NCBI GenBank assembly: GCA_035278125.1
Contig: DATEJJ010000852.1
Span: 757-64,756, forward strand
Source of the DNA: Rugosimonospora sp.
Lineage (GTDB): Bacteria; Actinomycetota; Actinomycetes; Mycobacteriales; Micromonosporaceae
Reading direction: 5' to 3'
Length of the DNA stretch: 64,000 nt
The notes under the pieces: model-generated
What the model was told of the DNA's origin: nothing
Seen by the model: only the letters and a program-made list of their open reading frames with translations
Databases searched by the model: none
Translations under genes and position numbers: made by a program
Shown: positions 10,745-19,844 of the stretch, piece by piece
How the letters are laid out: every line of letters begins with the position of its first letter
Numbering within the stretch: position 1 is the first letter of the stretch

Positions 10745-10758
10745 TCGCGTCGACGCGA
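10745..10758. promoter_or_regulatory. 14-bp perfect palindrome TCGCGTCGACGCGA in the divergent cyclase/ABC promoter region
   Basis: Read directly from the sequence. It lies in the 226-bp intergenic region between ATG 10629(-) and GTG 10856(+). It is flanked by the imperfect inverted repeat (IR) GTTGCTCTG (10736-44) / CAGCGGAAC (10766-74). Confidence 0.4.
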
Positions 10759-10855
10759 TTCATTCCAGCGGAACGTGAGCCAAGGTAGCCGAGGGTTCCA
10801 GGCTCCGCAAGCAACGGCCTTGTGCCCTTGCTACGCCGGTGTTTGACTCTCCCGG

Positions 10856-11890
10856 GTGGAGCGCGCGGTGGTCGTCGACAATCTGGTCAAGGAGTTCAAG
10901 GTCTATGAGCGGGGCTCGGGCCTGACCGGCAGCCTGCGCACTTTGCTGAGCCGCGACTACCGGCTGGTGCGCGCGGTTGACCATGTGTCCTTCGAGATCG
11001 AGGAGGGTGCGAAGGTCGCCTACATCGGCGCCAACGGCGCGGGTAAGTCAACGACCATCAAAATGCTGACCGGTGTGATGACCCCCACATCGGGCAGCTG
11101 CCTGGTGGGTGGCATCGAACCGTACCGGCAGCGGCGCCTCGCGGCGCGTCGCATGGGTGTCGTATTCGGCCAGCGTACCCAGCTCTGGTGGGACCTTTCC
11201 GTGCCCGACGCATTCCGCATTCTGCGGCGAGTCTACGAGATCCCCGATCCGGTGTACCACCGAAACATGGCGCTGTACCGGGAACTGCTGGACATCGATG
11301 CCCTCGGTACCGCGCCGGTGCGCACCCTCAGTCTCGGACAGCGCATGCGGGCCGAGGTGGCGGCGAGTCTGGTACACGATCCCGCCGTGCTCTTCCTGGA
11401 CGAGCCGACGATCGGCCTGGATCTGTTCCTCAAGGACGCCGTGCGGGAACTGATCAATCGGGTGAACCGGGACCTGGGCACCACCGTCGTGCTGACCAGT
11501 CATGACCTCAACGACATCGCCGCCATCTGCGACTGGGTTCTGGTCATCGACCGGGGGCGCGTCATCCACCAGGGCACGATCTCCGGGCTGCTGGCCACGG
11601 CCGACCAACGCTGCATTGTGGTCAACGCCAACGGCCGGCACCCGGCCGCCGAGATCGCCTCGGCGGTACACCGTCATCTGCCCGGTGTGCGGGCGCAGCC
11701 GACCGACGGCGGGCGCGTCGAGGTGTGCTACCCGCCCGATCGGGTCTCCTCCCGGGCCGTGCTGAGCTTCCTGCTGGACCGGTTCGATATCGGCGAGTGG
11801 TACGCCCCGGAGCCGGATCTGGCCGGCGTCATCCGCGCCATCTACGCCTCACCGGCCGTACCCGCCGGTCGGGACGGCACCGCGTGCTGA
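10856..11890 (+). CDS. ABC transporter ATP-binding protein (AcbW-like, ABC-2 exporter type)
   Basis: Walker A GANGAGKST, signature LSLGQRMR, Walker B VLFLDEPTIGLD, H-loop TSHD. GTG start. Confidence 0.9.
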   Translation: MERAVVVDNLVKEFKVYERGSGLTGSLRTLLSRDYRLVRAVDHVSFEIEEGAKVAYIGANGAGKSTTIKMLTGVMTPTSGSCLVGGIEPYRQRRLAARRMGVVFGQRTQLWWDLSVPDAFRILRRVYEIPDPVYHRNMALYRELLDIDALGTAPVRTLSLGQRMRAEVAASLVHDPAVLFLDEPTIGLDLFLKDAVRELINRVNRDLGTTVVLTSHDLNDIAAICDWVLVIDRGRVIHQGTISGLLATADQRCIVVNANGRHPAAEIASAVHRHLPGVRAQPTDGGRVEVCYPPDRVSSRAVLSFLLDRFDIGEWYAPEPDLAGVIRAIYASPAVPAGRDGTAC

Positions 11891-12687
11891 CCGCCCGGTA
11901 CACGGCATTCATGAGCGCGAAGACGCACACCTTCCTGCAGTACCGGGGGGCGCTGGCGATGACCGCGACGGGCGGTGTCATCAGCGTCGCGGTCCAGGTG
12001 TTCCTGTGGCGGGCCGTGGCGGCCAACGCGGCGGGTGGCCGGGTGGGCGGCTTTGACGGCCGGCAATTGACCACCTACATCCTCGTCGCGCAGCTGCTCG
12101 CCCTGGTCCACGCGAACCGGGTCGACGAGGAGATCGCGGAGGACATCTACACGGGATCCATCGTCGCGTCGGTCATCCGGCCGGTCAGCTATCCGCTGAT
12201 GCGCCTGGCGGTGGCGATTCCGGTGGTCACGCTCAACGCCGTATTCGTGGCGGGCCCGGTGCTCGTACCGTTCCTACTGCTGGTTCCGCTGTCGGTACCC
12301 ACACCGGCCCGAGCGGTCATGTTCGTGGCCAGCGTGCTGCTATCGGTCGTCATCGCGTTCCTGGTCAACCTGCTCGTCGGATATGCCGGCCTGCTGACCA
12401 CCAACAACTGGGGACTGCGCAACGTGAAGGATGGTGTCGTTTCGTTCCTGGCCGGCCGGCTGATGCCGATCTCGGTCATGCCCGGCGCGCTCGCCACGGT
12501 CTGCGCCGCGCTGCCGTTCCAGGGCATGGTCTACGCACCGACCCGGCTCCTGCTGGGCGGCTACCACGGAACCGGCGAGGCGGTCGGCATCCTCGGTCAG
12601 CAGGCCGCCTGGGTGCTGGTCCTGTCGCTGCTTTCCGGGTTGGTGTGGCGGCGGGTGCGCCGCCGGCTGGAGGTGTTCGGCGGATGA
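11884..12687 (+). CDS. ABC-2 type exporter permease (AcbX/Y-like)
   Basis: ORF 11725..12687. Start at GTG 11884 (GTGCTGA overlap with the ATPase stop) or ATG 11911. Multiple hydrophobic helices. Confidence 0.75.
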   Translation: MLTARYTAFMSAKTHTFLQYRGALAMTATGGVISVAVQVFLWRAVAANAAGGRVGGFDGRQLTTYILVAQLLALVHANRVDEEIAEDIYTGSIVASVIRPVSYPLMRLAVAIPVVTLNAVFVAGPVLVPFLLLVPLSVPTPARAVMFVASVLLSVVIAFLVNLLVGYAGLLTTNNWGLRNVKDGVVSFLAGRLMPISVMPGALATVCAALPFQGMVYAPTRLLLGGYHGTGEAVGILGQQAAWVLVLSLLSGLVWRRVRRRLEVFGG

Positions 12688-13505
12688 AGGGCAGCCCACC
12701 GACCGCCATCGCCAGTCTCACGCGGTACCTGAAGCTGACCATCTTCTTCGGCGGCGTGGGCCTGCACCGGCTCACCGCGTACCGGTTGGACTTCATGCTC
12801 GGCGCGGGCAGCTTCTTCGTCCGGGTCGGCACGCAGGCGGCGGTGCTCATGTTCATTTTCCGCCAGGTACCGGTCATCGAGGGCTGGGGGTACCGCCAGA
12901 CGCTGTTCCTGTTCGGCTTTTCGCTGATACCACGCGGACTGGACCACCTGTTCACCGACCAGCTGTGGGAGGTCGGGCGCAAGCTGGTGCTCACCGGTGA
13001 CTTCCACCGGTACCTGATCCGGCCCCTCGGTCCGCTGTTCGGTGTGTTGTCGGAGCGCTTTCTCTACCCGGACGGGTTCGGTGAGTTGCTCGTCGGCGTG
13101 GCCATCACCGGGTACGCCGGGCACCGGCTCGGCCTGCACCTGTCGCCGGGACAGCTGCTGCTGCTCCCGCTGCTGATCCTGTCCGGCGCGCTCATCTACG
13201 CCGGTATCAAGCTCCTGCTGGCCTCCGCCGCGTTCTGGACGACCACCAGCATGCCGGCCATGGCCGCCACCTACCAGGCATCGGATTTCGCGGCCTATCC
13301 GCTGGAGATCTACGGGACGGCCGTGCGCCGCCTGCTGACCTGGGTACTGCCGTTCGCGTTCACCTCGTACGCACCCGTGTCGTATCTGCTCTACGGGCGT
13401 ACCCACTTGTTGGTCTGGACGCCCCTCGTGGTCGTGGTGGTCCTGTTGCTGGCCGCTGCGGCGTGGTCCCGGGGCGTCCGGCGGTACGAGATGAGCGGCA
13501 CCTGA
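12684..13505 (+). CDS. ABC-2 type exporter permease (AcbX/Y-like), second subunit
   Basis: ORF 12645..13505. Start at ATG 12684 (MKGSPPTAIA), in an ATGA overlap with the previous stop. Polytopic hydrophobic profile. Confidence 0.8.
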   Translation: MKGSPPTAIASLTRYLKLTIFFGGVGLHRLTAYRLDFMLGAGSFFVRVGTQAAVLMFIFRQVPVIEGWGYRQTLFLFGFSLIPRGLDHLFTDQLWEVGRKLVLTGDFHRYLIRPLGPLFGVLSERFLYPDGFGELLVGVAITGYAGHRLGLHLSPGQLLLLPLLILSGALIYAGIKLLLASAAFWTTTSMPAMAATYQASDFAAYPLEIYGTAVRRLLTWVLPFAFTSYAPVSYLLYGRTHLLVWTPLVVVVVLLLAAAAWSRGVRRYEMSGT

Positions 13506-13532
13506 CACGCCTCGATCCGGGAAGGCCGGTCC

Positions 13533-15347
13533 ATGACGATTCACCACGACGGCTCCGCGCGCTACGTGCCCAACCAGAGCCCGCGGATCGGCGATGTCGT
13601 CGACGTCTACGCCCGCGCCTCCGGGACGGCCGGCGTCGGGGAAGTCTGGCTGCGCGCGACCCAGGACGGCGGGGTCCGCTTCCTACCGGCGACCGTCGAG
13701 CCGGTACCCGGTGCGGAGCCGGGCGTCGTATGGTTCCGGGCCCCGCTGCCGGTACACAACCGCGTCACCCGGTACCGGTTCCTGCTCGCCGGAGCGGGCG
13801 GTTACCGGTGGCTGACCGCGGCCGGCATCCGCGCCGGGCACATACCCGATGACACCGACTTCCGGTTGGTGTGCGGAGACGGGCCACCGGCCTGGTCCGC
13901 CGACGCCATCGGGTATCTCATCTTCCCCGACCGGTTCGCCCGCTCGGCCGGCGCCGACCGCCGGCCGGTGCCGGACTGGGCCCTCGTCCGCCGCTGGGAC
14001 GCGCCGGTCAACGGCGCGGCGCCCGACTGCGAGCGCGAGTTCTTCGGCGGCGATCTGGACGGCATCCGCGAGCACCTGGATCATGTGGCCGCGTTGAGCG
14101 CCGACACCATCTGCCTGACCCCGTTCTTCGCGTCGCCGACAAACCACCGCTACCGCGCCAGTTCGTTCGAGCGCGTCGACCCGGCGCTCGGCGGGGAGGA
14201 GGCATTCACCCGGCTGGCGGGCGCGCTGCACGGCCGGGGGTGGCGCCTGATCGGCGACCTGACCACCAACCACACCGGCGCCGAGCATGAGTGGTTCCAG
14301 CGGGCGCGTGCCGGAGCGCACCGCGACCTGTACTACTTCGATGATCGCGTGGAGCACGGCTACGAAACCTGGGCGAACGTCGAGCACCTGCCGAAGTTGA
14401 ACTGGGGCAGCCGCGAACTGCGCCGGAGGTTCTTCGACGGGCCCGACTCGGTGGCCCGGCGCTGGCTGGCGGCGGGGCTGGACGGCTGGCGGGTCGACGT
14501 GGGGCACCGTACCGGCCGGCGGGGCGCGGACGACGACAACCATGAGGTGGCCGCCGCGATGCTCGCCGCCGTGCGGGCATCCCGGCCGGACGCGCTGCTC
14601 ATCGCGGAGCACATGCACGACGCCAGCGGCGACATCGACATCGGCGGCTGGCACGGCGTGTTGAACTACGCGGGCTTCAGCCGTCCCGTGTGGAGCTGGC
14701 TGGGCGCCGAGCCGTTGTCCTGTCTCGGCCTGCCGGTCGGCGTGCCCCGGCTGTCCGCGGCGAGCATGGTGAAGTCCATGCGGGCCTTTGCCGCCCGGAT
14801 GTCCTGGCGCACCCTGACCACGTCGTGGTCGCTGCTCGACTCGCACGACACACCACGCATCCGGACGGTGGTCGGCGACGACGCGGCCCTCGTCGAAGTC
14901 GCCGCCGGCCTGATGGCCACCCTGCCCGGCACGCCGATGGTCTACGCGGGCAGCGAAATCGGCCTGCGGGGACGGTGGGCCGAGGACGGGCGGCGGCCGA
15001 TTCCGTGGCAGGACAGGGAATCGTGGGACCGGGTGACCCTGACCCGGTACCGGTCGCTGCTGGGGTTGCGCCGCGAAAACGCCGCCCTGCGGCGGGGCGG
15101 GCTGCGCTTCCTGCACGCGGGTGAGCACGAACTGGTGTACCTGCGCGAGACGGCCGACGAGCGCCTGCTCGTGTACGCCGCGCGCCAGCGACCGGCGCAC
15201 CCTGTCGGGCTGACCGAACCGGCGGACGGCGAGAACATCTACGGCGGCGCCCCCGACCTCCGCTCCGGTCGGCCACTGCCGGCCGACGGGCCGACCTTCC
15301 AGGTGTGGCGGCTGCGGGAGGGGGGCGGGCGCGGCCGTGGGCACTGA
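13533..15347 (+). CDS. GH13 alpha-amylase-family hydrolase/transferase (neopullulanase/cyclomaltodextrinase-like), no signal peptide
   Basis: GH13 regions I-IV: DLTTNHTG, GWRVDVGH, IAEHMHD, LLDSHDTPR. N-terminal beta-sandwich domain. RBS-like GGGAAGG upstream. Confidence 0.9.
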   Translation: MTIHHDGSARYVPNQSPRIGDVVDVYARASGTAGVGEVWLRATQDGGVRFLPATVEPVPGAEPGVVWFRAPLPVHNRVTRYRFLLAGAGGYRWLTAAGIRAGHIPDDTDFRLVCGDGPPAWSADAIGYLIFPDRFARSAGADRRPVPDWALVRRWDAPVNGAAPDCEREFFGGDLDGIREHLDHVAALSADTICLTPFFASPTNHRYRASSFERVDPALGGEEAFTRLAGALHGRGWRLIGDLTTNHTGAEHEWFQRARAGAHRDLYYFDDRVEHGYETWANVEHLPKLNWGSRELRRRFFDGPDSVARRWLAAGLDGWRVDVGHRTGRRGADDDNHEVAAAMLAAVRASRPDALLIAEHMHDASGDIDIGGWHGVLNYAGFSRPVWSWLGAEPLSCLGLPVGVPRLSAASMVKSMRAFAARMSWRTLTTSWSLLDSHDTPRIRTVVGDDAALVEVAAGLMATLPGTPMVYAGSEIGLRGRWAEDGRRPIPWQDRESWDRVTLTRYRSLLGLRRENAALRRGGLRFLHAGEHELVYLRETADERLLVYAARQRPAHPVGLTEPADGENIYGGAPDLRSGRPLPADGPTFQVWRLREGGGRGRGH

Positions 15348-16974
15348 GCACCGGGGTACGCCCGGAGCCGGCGAGCCGGCACCGGACCGCATCGCCGATA
15401 CGACGCTGCTGCCACCGGCCGGACGCGGGTACCACCCGTCACCCGAGGACTGGCGGGACGAGGTGATGTACTCCATCCTCATCGACCGGTTCCAGGCCGG
15501 CCCGGGGCGGGTCATCGAGGGTGACCCCGCGGATGGCGGCAGCCGGCATGGCGGGAACCTCCGCGGTATCACCGGCCGCCTGAACTACCTGAGCGACCTG
15601 GGCGTCACCGCGATCCAACTCTCGCCCGTCACGTGGACCGCGCCCGGCACCTACCACGGGTACGCCCCGGTGCACCTGATGTCGGTGGACCCGCGCCTGG
15701 GCCGGATGGCCGATCTCGTCGAGCTGATCGACCGGGCCCACCGTCGGGGCATCCGGGTCCTGCTCGACCTCGTCGTCAACCACACCGGCCCGGTGTTCCA
15801 GTACGCGGACGGGCACAACCGCTGGAAGGATGCGCCGGCCCCGGTGGCCGGCGGGGTCGTACACATCCGTCCCCGGGAACTGGCCGACCCGGCGCACTTC
15901 TCCCGGCGGGGCATCATCGCGGACTGGAAGGATCCGGAACAGGCGGCGTTCGGGGACTTCCCACCGAGCCACCGGCACCTCGCCACGGACAACCCGGCGA
16001 CGGCCCGCCTGCTGGAGCATGTGGCCTGCTGGTGGCTGCGGGAAACCGACGCCGACGGCCTGCGGCTGGACGCGATCCGCCACCTGTATCCGCCCTTCCT
16101 CACCGCCCTGTGCGCGACCGTCCGGCAGTACGCGGCGCGTCTCGGCAAACACAACCTGCTCATCGTCGGGGAGTATTCGAGTACCACCGACGCACCCATC
16201 GCGGAGAGCCTGCGCCTGGGAGTGGACACCGGATACAACTATCCCGAGTACCGGCGCCAGAGCTGGGCGCTGCACGGGCAGGCGCCCACGCGCGACCTGG
16301 AGACCAGCTCCGGAACGGCGGTGGCGGCGTTCGGTCCGGCGCACGGGCGGCTCATCAGGTTCGTCGACAACCACGACGTGTTCCGCTTCCTGCGCTACGG
16401 CGAGCCGGCCAGCCGGTTGCGCCCGGCCCTGGCCTTCCTGCTGTTCTCACCCGGCATCCCGATGCTGTACTACGGCACCGAGCAGGGGATGCGCCAGCCC
16501 TCCCAACGGCTGGACCGGGAGTGCTCGGCCGACCGGGCGGCGCCCCGCAACCGGGAGGACATGTTCGCCGAAGGCCAGTTCACCTCGGCCAGTTCGGCCG
16601 GCGACAAGTTCGACCCGTCGTCGGAGATGTTCCGGTGGACCCAGCGGCTCATCCAGATCCGGCAACGCTTCCCGGCACTGCGCCACGGCCGGCAGATCGT
16701 GCGCTGGTCGGACCCTCGGGGCCCGGGCCTGTACGCGCTGAGCCGGATCGATGAGGGGCAGGAGGTACTCGTCGTGCTGAACACGGCGGCCGAGGAGCGG
16801 CGCGAGTTCATCCCGGTCGGACCGGTGCTGGGCGGTCGCCCACTCGTCGACGCACTGGGCGGCGGTCCCCCGATACCGGCGACCACACCAGCGGGCGACC
16901 CGGGGGAGGTGCCCGTCACCGTTCCGGCGCACGGGGTCCGGGTTCTGGTCCCGGCGGCGGGGGCGGACCGGTGA
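15337..16974 (+). CDS. GH13 alpha-amylase-family enzyme, no signal peptide
   Basis: GH13 regions: DLVVNHTG, GLRLDAIRHL, IVGEYS, FVDNHDVFR. GTG start overlaps the upstream stop by 11 nt. Confidence 0.85.
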   Translation: MGTEHRGTPGAGEPAPDRIADTTLLPPAGRGYHPSPEDWRDEVMYSILIDRFQAGPGRVIEGDPADGGSRHGGNLRGITGRLNYLSDLGVTAIQLSPVTWTAPGTYHGYAPVHLMSVDPRLGRMADLVELIDRAHRRGIRVLLDLVVNHTGPVFQYADGHNRWKDAPAPVAGGVVHIRPRELADPAHFSRRGIIADWKDPEQAAFGDFPPSHRHLATDNPATARLLEHVACWWLRETDADGLRLDAIRHLYPPFLTALCATVRQYAARLGKHNLLIVGEYSSTTDAPIAESLRLGVDTGYNYPEYRRQSWALHGQAPTRDLETSSGTAVAAFGPAHGRLIRFVDNHDVFRFLRYGEPASRLRPALAFLLFSPGIPMLYYGTEQGMRQPSQRLDRECSADRAAPRNREDMFAEGQFTSASSAGDKFDPSSEMFRWTQRLIQIRQRFPALRHGRQIVRWSDPRGPGLYALSRIDEGQEVLVVLNTAAEERREFIPVGPVLGGRPLVDALGGGPPIPATTPAGDPGEVPVTVPAHGVRVLVPAAGADR

Positions 16975-18728
16975 CCGGGCGAGTGATCATCGAGGCGGTC
17001 ACGCCGGCCGTCGACGGCGGGCGGTACCCGGCCAAGGCCGTCGTCGACGAACGCATACACGTCGAGGCGACCGTGTGGCGTGAGGGGGACTGGCCGTTGT
17101 CGGTCTGCGTCAGGTGGCACGGGCCGGCGGACGACGGCTCGGGCGAACTGGTACCGATGGCGCAGACCGGCAAGGGTACCGACCGCTGGTACGCGGAACT
17201 GGTACCGCACCGGGTCGGCCGCTGGCGCTTCCAGGTGGTGGCCTGGACCGACCGGCGGGACGGCGGAGGCATACCGCGCCGCACCTTCGTCACCACCGGC
17301 CCCTGGTACGACGTGTGCGTCGACCCCGTACTGGCGCGGTTCAGCTCCTGGTACCAGTGCTTCCCGCGCTCGACCGGCGGTTGGGACGCGGACGGCCGGC
17401 CGATCCACGGGACCCTGCGCACGGCAGCCGCCGACCTGCCGCGCATCGCTGCCATGGGCTTCGATGTCGTATACCTGGCCCCGTTCCACCCCATCGGAGT
17501 CACCGGCCGGAAGGGGCGCAACGGCGCGCCGACGGCCGGGCCGGACGACCCGGGGTGCCCGTGGGCGGTCGGCTCGGCGGACGGCGGGCACGACGCGGTC
17601 GATCCGCGGCTGGGTACGGTCGACGACCTCGTCGCCTACGTGTCCGCCGCGCGGTCGATCGGAGTGGCGGTGGCCATGGACCTCGCCCTCCAGTGCTCAC
17701 CGGACCACCCGTGGGTCTCCGAGCACCCCGAGTGGTTCCGCGACGGTGGCACCGCCCAGAGCGGCGGGCACGGCCCCTGGACCGACGTGTACCCGCTGGA
17801 CTTCGACGCCGACCCGCGCGAGCTGTACAGCGAACTGCTGCGGGTCGTGCTGTTCTGGGTCGACCGGGGGATCCGGGTCTTCCGCGTGGACAACCCACAC
17901 ACCAAACCCATGGACTTCTGGGTATGGCTGATCCGCACCGTCAAGCAGCGCCATCCGGATGTCACCTTCCTGGCCGAGGCGTTCACCCGCTCGGCAGTTC
18001 AGCGGGGCCTGTCCAAACTGGGGTTCAGCCAGAGCCTCACATACTTCATCTGGCGCACCACCAAGGCGGAGCTGACCAGGTTCGGCGAGGAGCTGGTGGA
18101 CACCGCCTGGTACCTGCGACCCAACCTGTTCCCCAGTACCCACGATGTACTGCACGAGATTCTCCAGTCCGGTGAGCCGGCCGTGTTCGCGATCCGCGCG
18201 GCGCTGGCGGCCACGCTGTCGCCGAGTTGGGGCGTCTACTCCGGGTACGAACTCTTCGAACACGAGGCTCTCCAGGCGGGCAGCCGCGAGTACCGGGATT
18301 CGGAGAAGTTCGAGCTGCGACCGCGGGACTTCTCGGCCGCCCGGTCCGCCGGGTGCGACCTGGCGGCCTGGCTCACCACCCTCAACGCGATCCGCCGGGC
18401 GCACCCCGCGCTCCAGCAGTTGCGGACGCTGCGCTTCCACGCGGTGGACAACGACGAGCTGCTCGCGTACTCCAAGACCGACCCGGTCACCGGCGACGCG
18501 GTGCTGTGCGTGGTCAACCTGAATCCGCGCACCGTGCAACGCGGAACCGTACGGCTGGCCGGCATTCCCGGCCTGTCCGACGCCCCGTGCCGCACCGTGG
18601 TCGACGAGCTCAGCGGCGCCCAGCGGCCGTGGGCCAACGACCAGGAGGTCACCCTCGATCCGGCCCACGCGGTCGCCCTCATCGTGTCCACGCGGATCGC
18701 GGTTCCCGAGGACGCGCTGCCGCACTGA
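16971..18728 (+). CDS. GlgE-like (GH13_3) alpha-1,4-glucan:maltose-1-phosphate maltosyltransferase homolog, shortened (585 aa)
   Basis: GlgE-type motifs: WYQCFPRS, GFDVVYLAPFHPIG, GRKGRNG, LQCSPDHPWV, FRVDNPHTKP (nucleophile Asp), FLAEAFT (acid/base Glu), FIWRTTK. GTGA overlap with the upstream stop. Confidence 0.85.
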   Translation: MTGRVIIEAVTPAVDGGRYPAKAVVDERIHVEATVWREGDWPLSVCVRWHGPADDGSGELVPMAQTGKGTDRWYAELVPHRVGRWRFQVVAWTDRRDGGGIPRRTFVTTGPWYDVCVDPVLARFSSWYQCFPRSTGGWDADGRPIHGTLRTAAADLPRIAAMGFDVVYLAPFHPIGVTGRKGRNGAPTAGPDDPGCPWAVGSADGGHDAVDPRLGTVDDLVAYVSAARSIGVAVAMDLALQCSPDHPWVSEHPEWFRDGGTAQSGGHGPWTDVYPLDFDADPRELYSELLRVVLFWVDRGIRVFRVDNPHTKPMDFWVWLIRTVKQRHPDVTFLAEAFTRSAVQRGLSKLGFSQSLTYFIWRTTKAELTRFGEELVDTAWYLRPNLFPSTHDVLHEILQSGEPAVFAIRAALAATLSPSWGVYSGYELFEHEALQAGSREYRDSEKFELRPRDFSAARSAGCDLAAWLTTLNAIRRAHPALQQLRTLRFHAVDNDELLAYSKTDPVTGDAVLCVVNLNPRTVQRGTVRLAGIPGLSDAPCRTVVDELSGAQRPWANDQEVTLDPAHAVALIVSTRIAVPEDALPH

Positions 18729-18756
18729 AACCAGGCGGCGTCCAACCGCTCATTCC

Positions 18757-18768
18757 GTTCAGTTGAAC
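18757..18768. promoter_or_regulatory. Near-palindrome GTTCAGTTGAAC flanked by direct CATTCC repeats (18751-56, 18771-76)
   Basis: Read directly from the sequence. It lies in the 80-130 bp gap between the GlgE-like stop and the AKR start. Confidence 0.3.
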
Positions 18769-18862
18769 AGCATTCCCGCCCGCTTGGGGTGCACCGGCCG
18801 ATCGCCGGATGACAGACTGTCCACCGGCGGACGAGCGCCTCGCGAAGAGGGTGGGCCTAGCG

Positions 18863-19819
18863 ATGACGTCGCACACCGACATGCGCCGGCACCGGCTGCT
18901 GTACGGCTGCATGGGGCTCGGTGGCGACTGGGACACCCGCCCGTACGGTGCCCGGGACATCGGGACAGCCGAGGCCGCGATCACCGCCGCCCTGGACATC
19001 GGCATCACCGCCTTCGACCACGCGGACATCTACCGGTGCGGCAAGGCGGAGGCGGTCTTCGGGGAGGTCCTCGCCCGCGCGCCGGAGTTGCGCCCACGCA
19101 TCGTGCTGCAGACCAAGTGCGGGATACGGCCGGCCGACGACGCCGGGCCGGACCGGTACGATCTGCGCGGGTCGCACATCCGGCGCTGCGTCGAGGAGAG
19201 CCTCACCCGGCTGCGTACCGACGTCATCGACGTCCTGCTGTTGCACCGGCCGGATCCGCTGGCCGATCCCGAGGACACCGCCGAGGCCCTGACCTCGCTG
19301 CGGCGTCAGGGTCTGGTGCGCGACGTCGGCGTCTCGAACATGGCCGCCCCGCAGATCGCCTACCTGCGGGCGCACCTGGACTTCCCGCTGGTCGCCAACC
19401 AGCTCGAAATGAGCCTGGCCCGGCGGGACTGGCTGGAAGGCGGAGTTCTGGTCAACACGCCCCAGTCCGCGGCGACCGGCTTTCCGCTCGGTACCGTTGA
19501 ATACTGCCGGACGAACCGGATCGGCATCCAGGCGTGGGGACCGCTCGCGCGCGGGCGTTTCACCGGAGCCGCGCAGTCACCGGCGGACCAGGCCGTCGCC
19601 GGGCGCCTCGCTGACCTGGCCCGGCAGAAGGACACCACCCCCGAGACCGTCCTGCTGTGGTGGATACAACGGCATCCGGCGGGCATCGCGCCGGTGATCG
19701 GCACCGCGCGCCCCGAACGCATCCGCGCCTGCGCGGGCGCGGCGCGGCGGGAGCCTGAGCTGTCCCGCGAGGAATGGTACGAGCTGTGGGTCACTGCCCG
19801 GGGCGGCCGGCTGCCGTAG
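18863..19819 (+). CDS. Aldo/keto reductase (YdhF-like)
   Basis: ORF 18809..19819. Motifs: GITAFDHADIY, LLHRPD, GVSN, and a C-terminal AKR fold. ATG 18863 has GAGGGTGGG upstream. ATG 18809 and 18881 are alternative starts. Confidence 0.8.
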   Translation: MTSHTDMRRHRLLYGCMGLGGDWDTRPYGARDIGTAEAAITAALDIGITAFDHADIYRCGKAEAVFGEVLARAPELRPRIVLQTKCGIRPADDAGPDRYDLRGSHIRRCVEESLTRLRTDVIDVLLLHRPDPLADPEDTAEALTSLRRQGLVRDVGVSNMAAPQIAYLRAHLDFPLVANQLEMSLARRDWLEGGVLVNTPQSAATGFPLGTVEYCRTNRIGIQAWGPLARGRFTGAAQSPADQAVAGRLADLARQKDTTPETVLLWWIQRHPAGIAPVIGTARPERIRACAGAARREPELSREEWYELWVTARGGRLP

Positions 19820-19844
19820 GCCGGCTGCCCCGCGGTACCCGTTC

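Noticed and set aside
13683-15572. 629-aa minus-strand ORF
   Set aside because: It is antisense to the first GH13 gene, which has all four GH13 catalytic regions in the plus frame.
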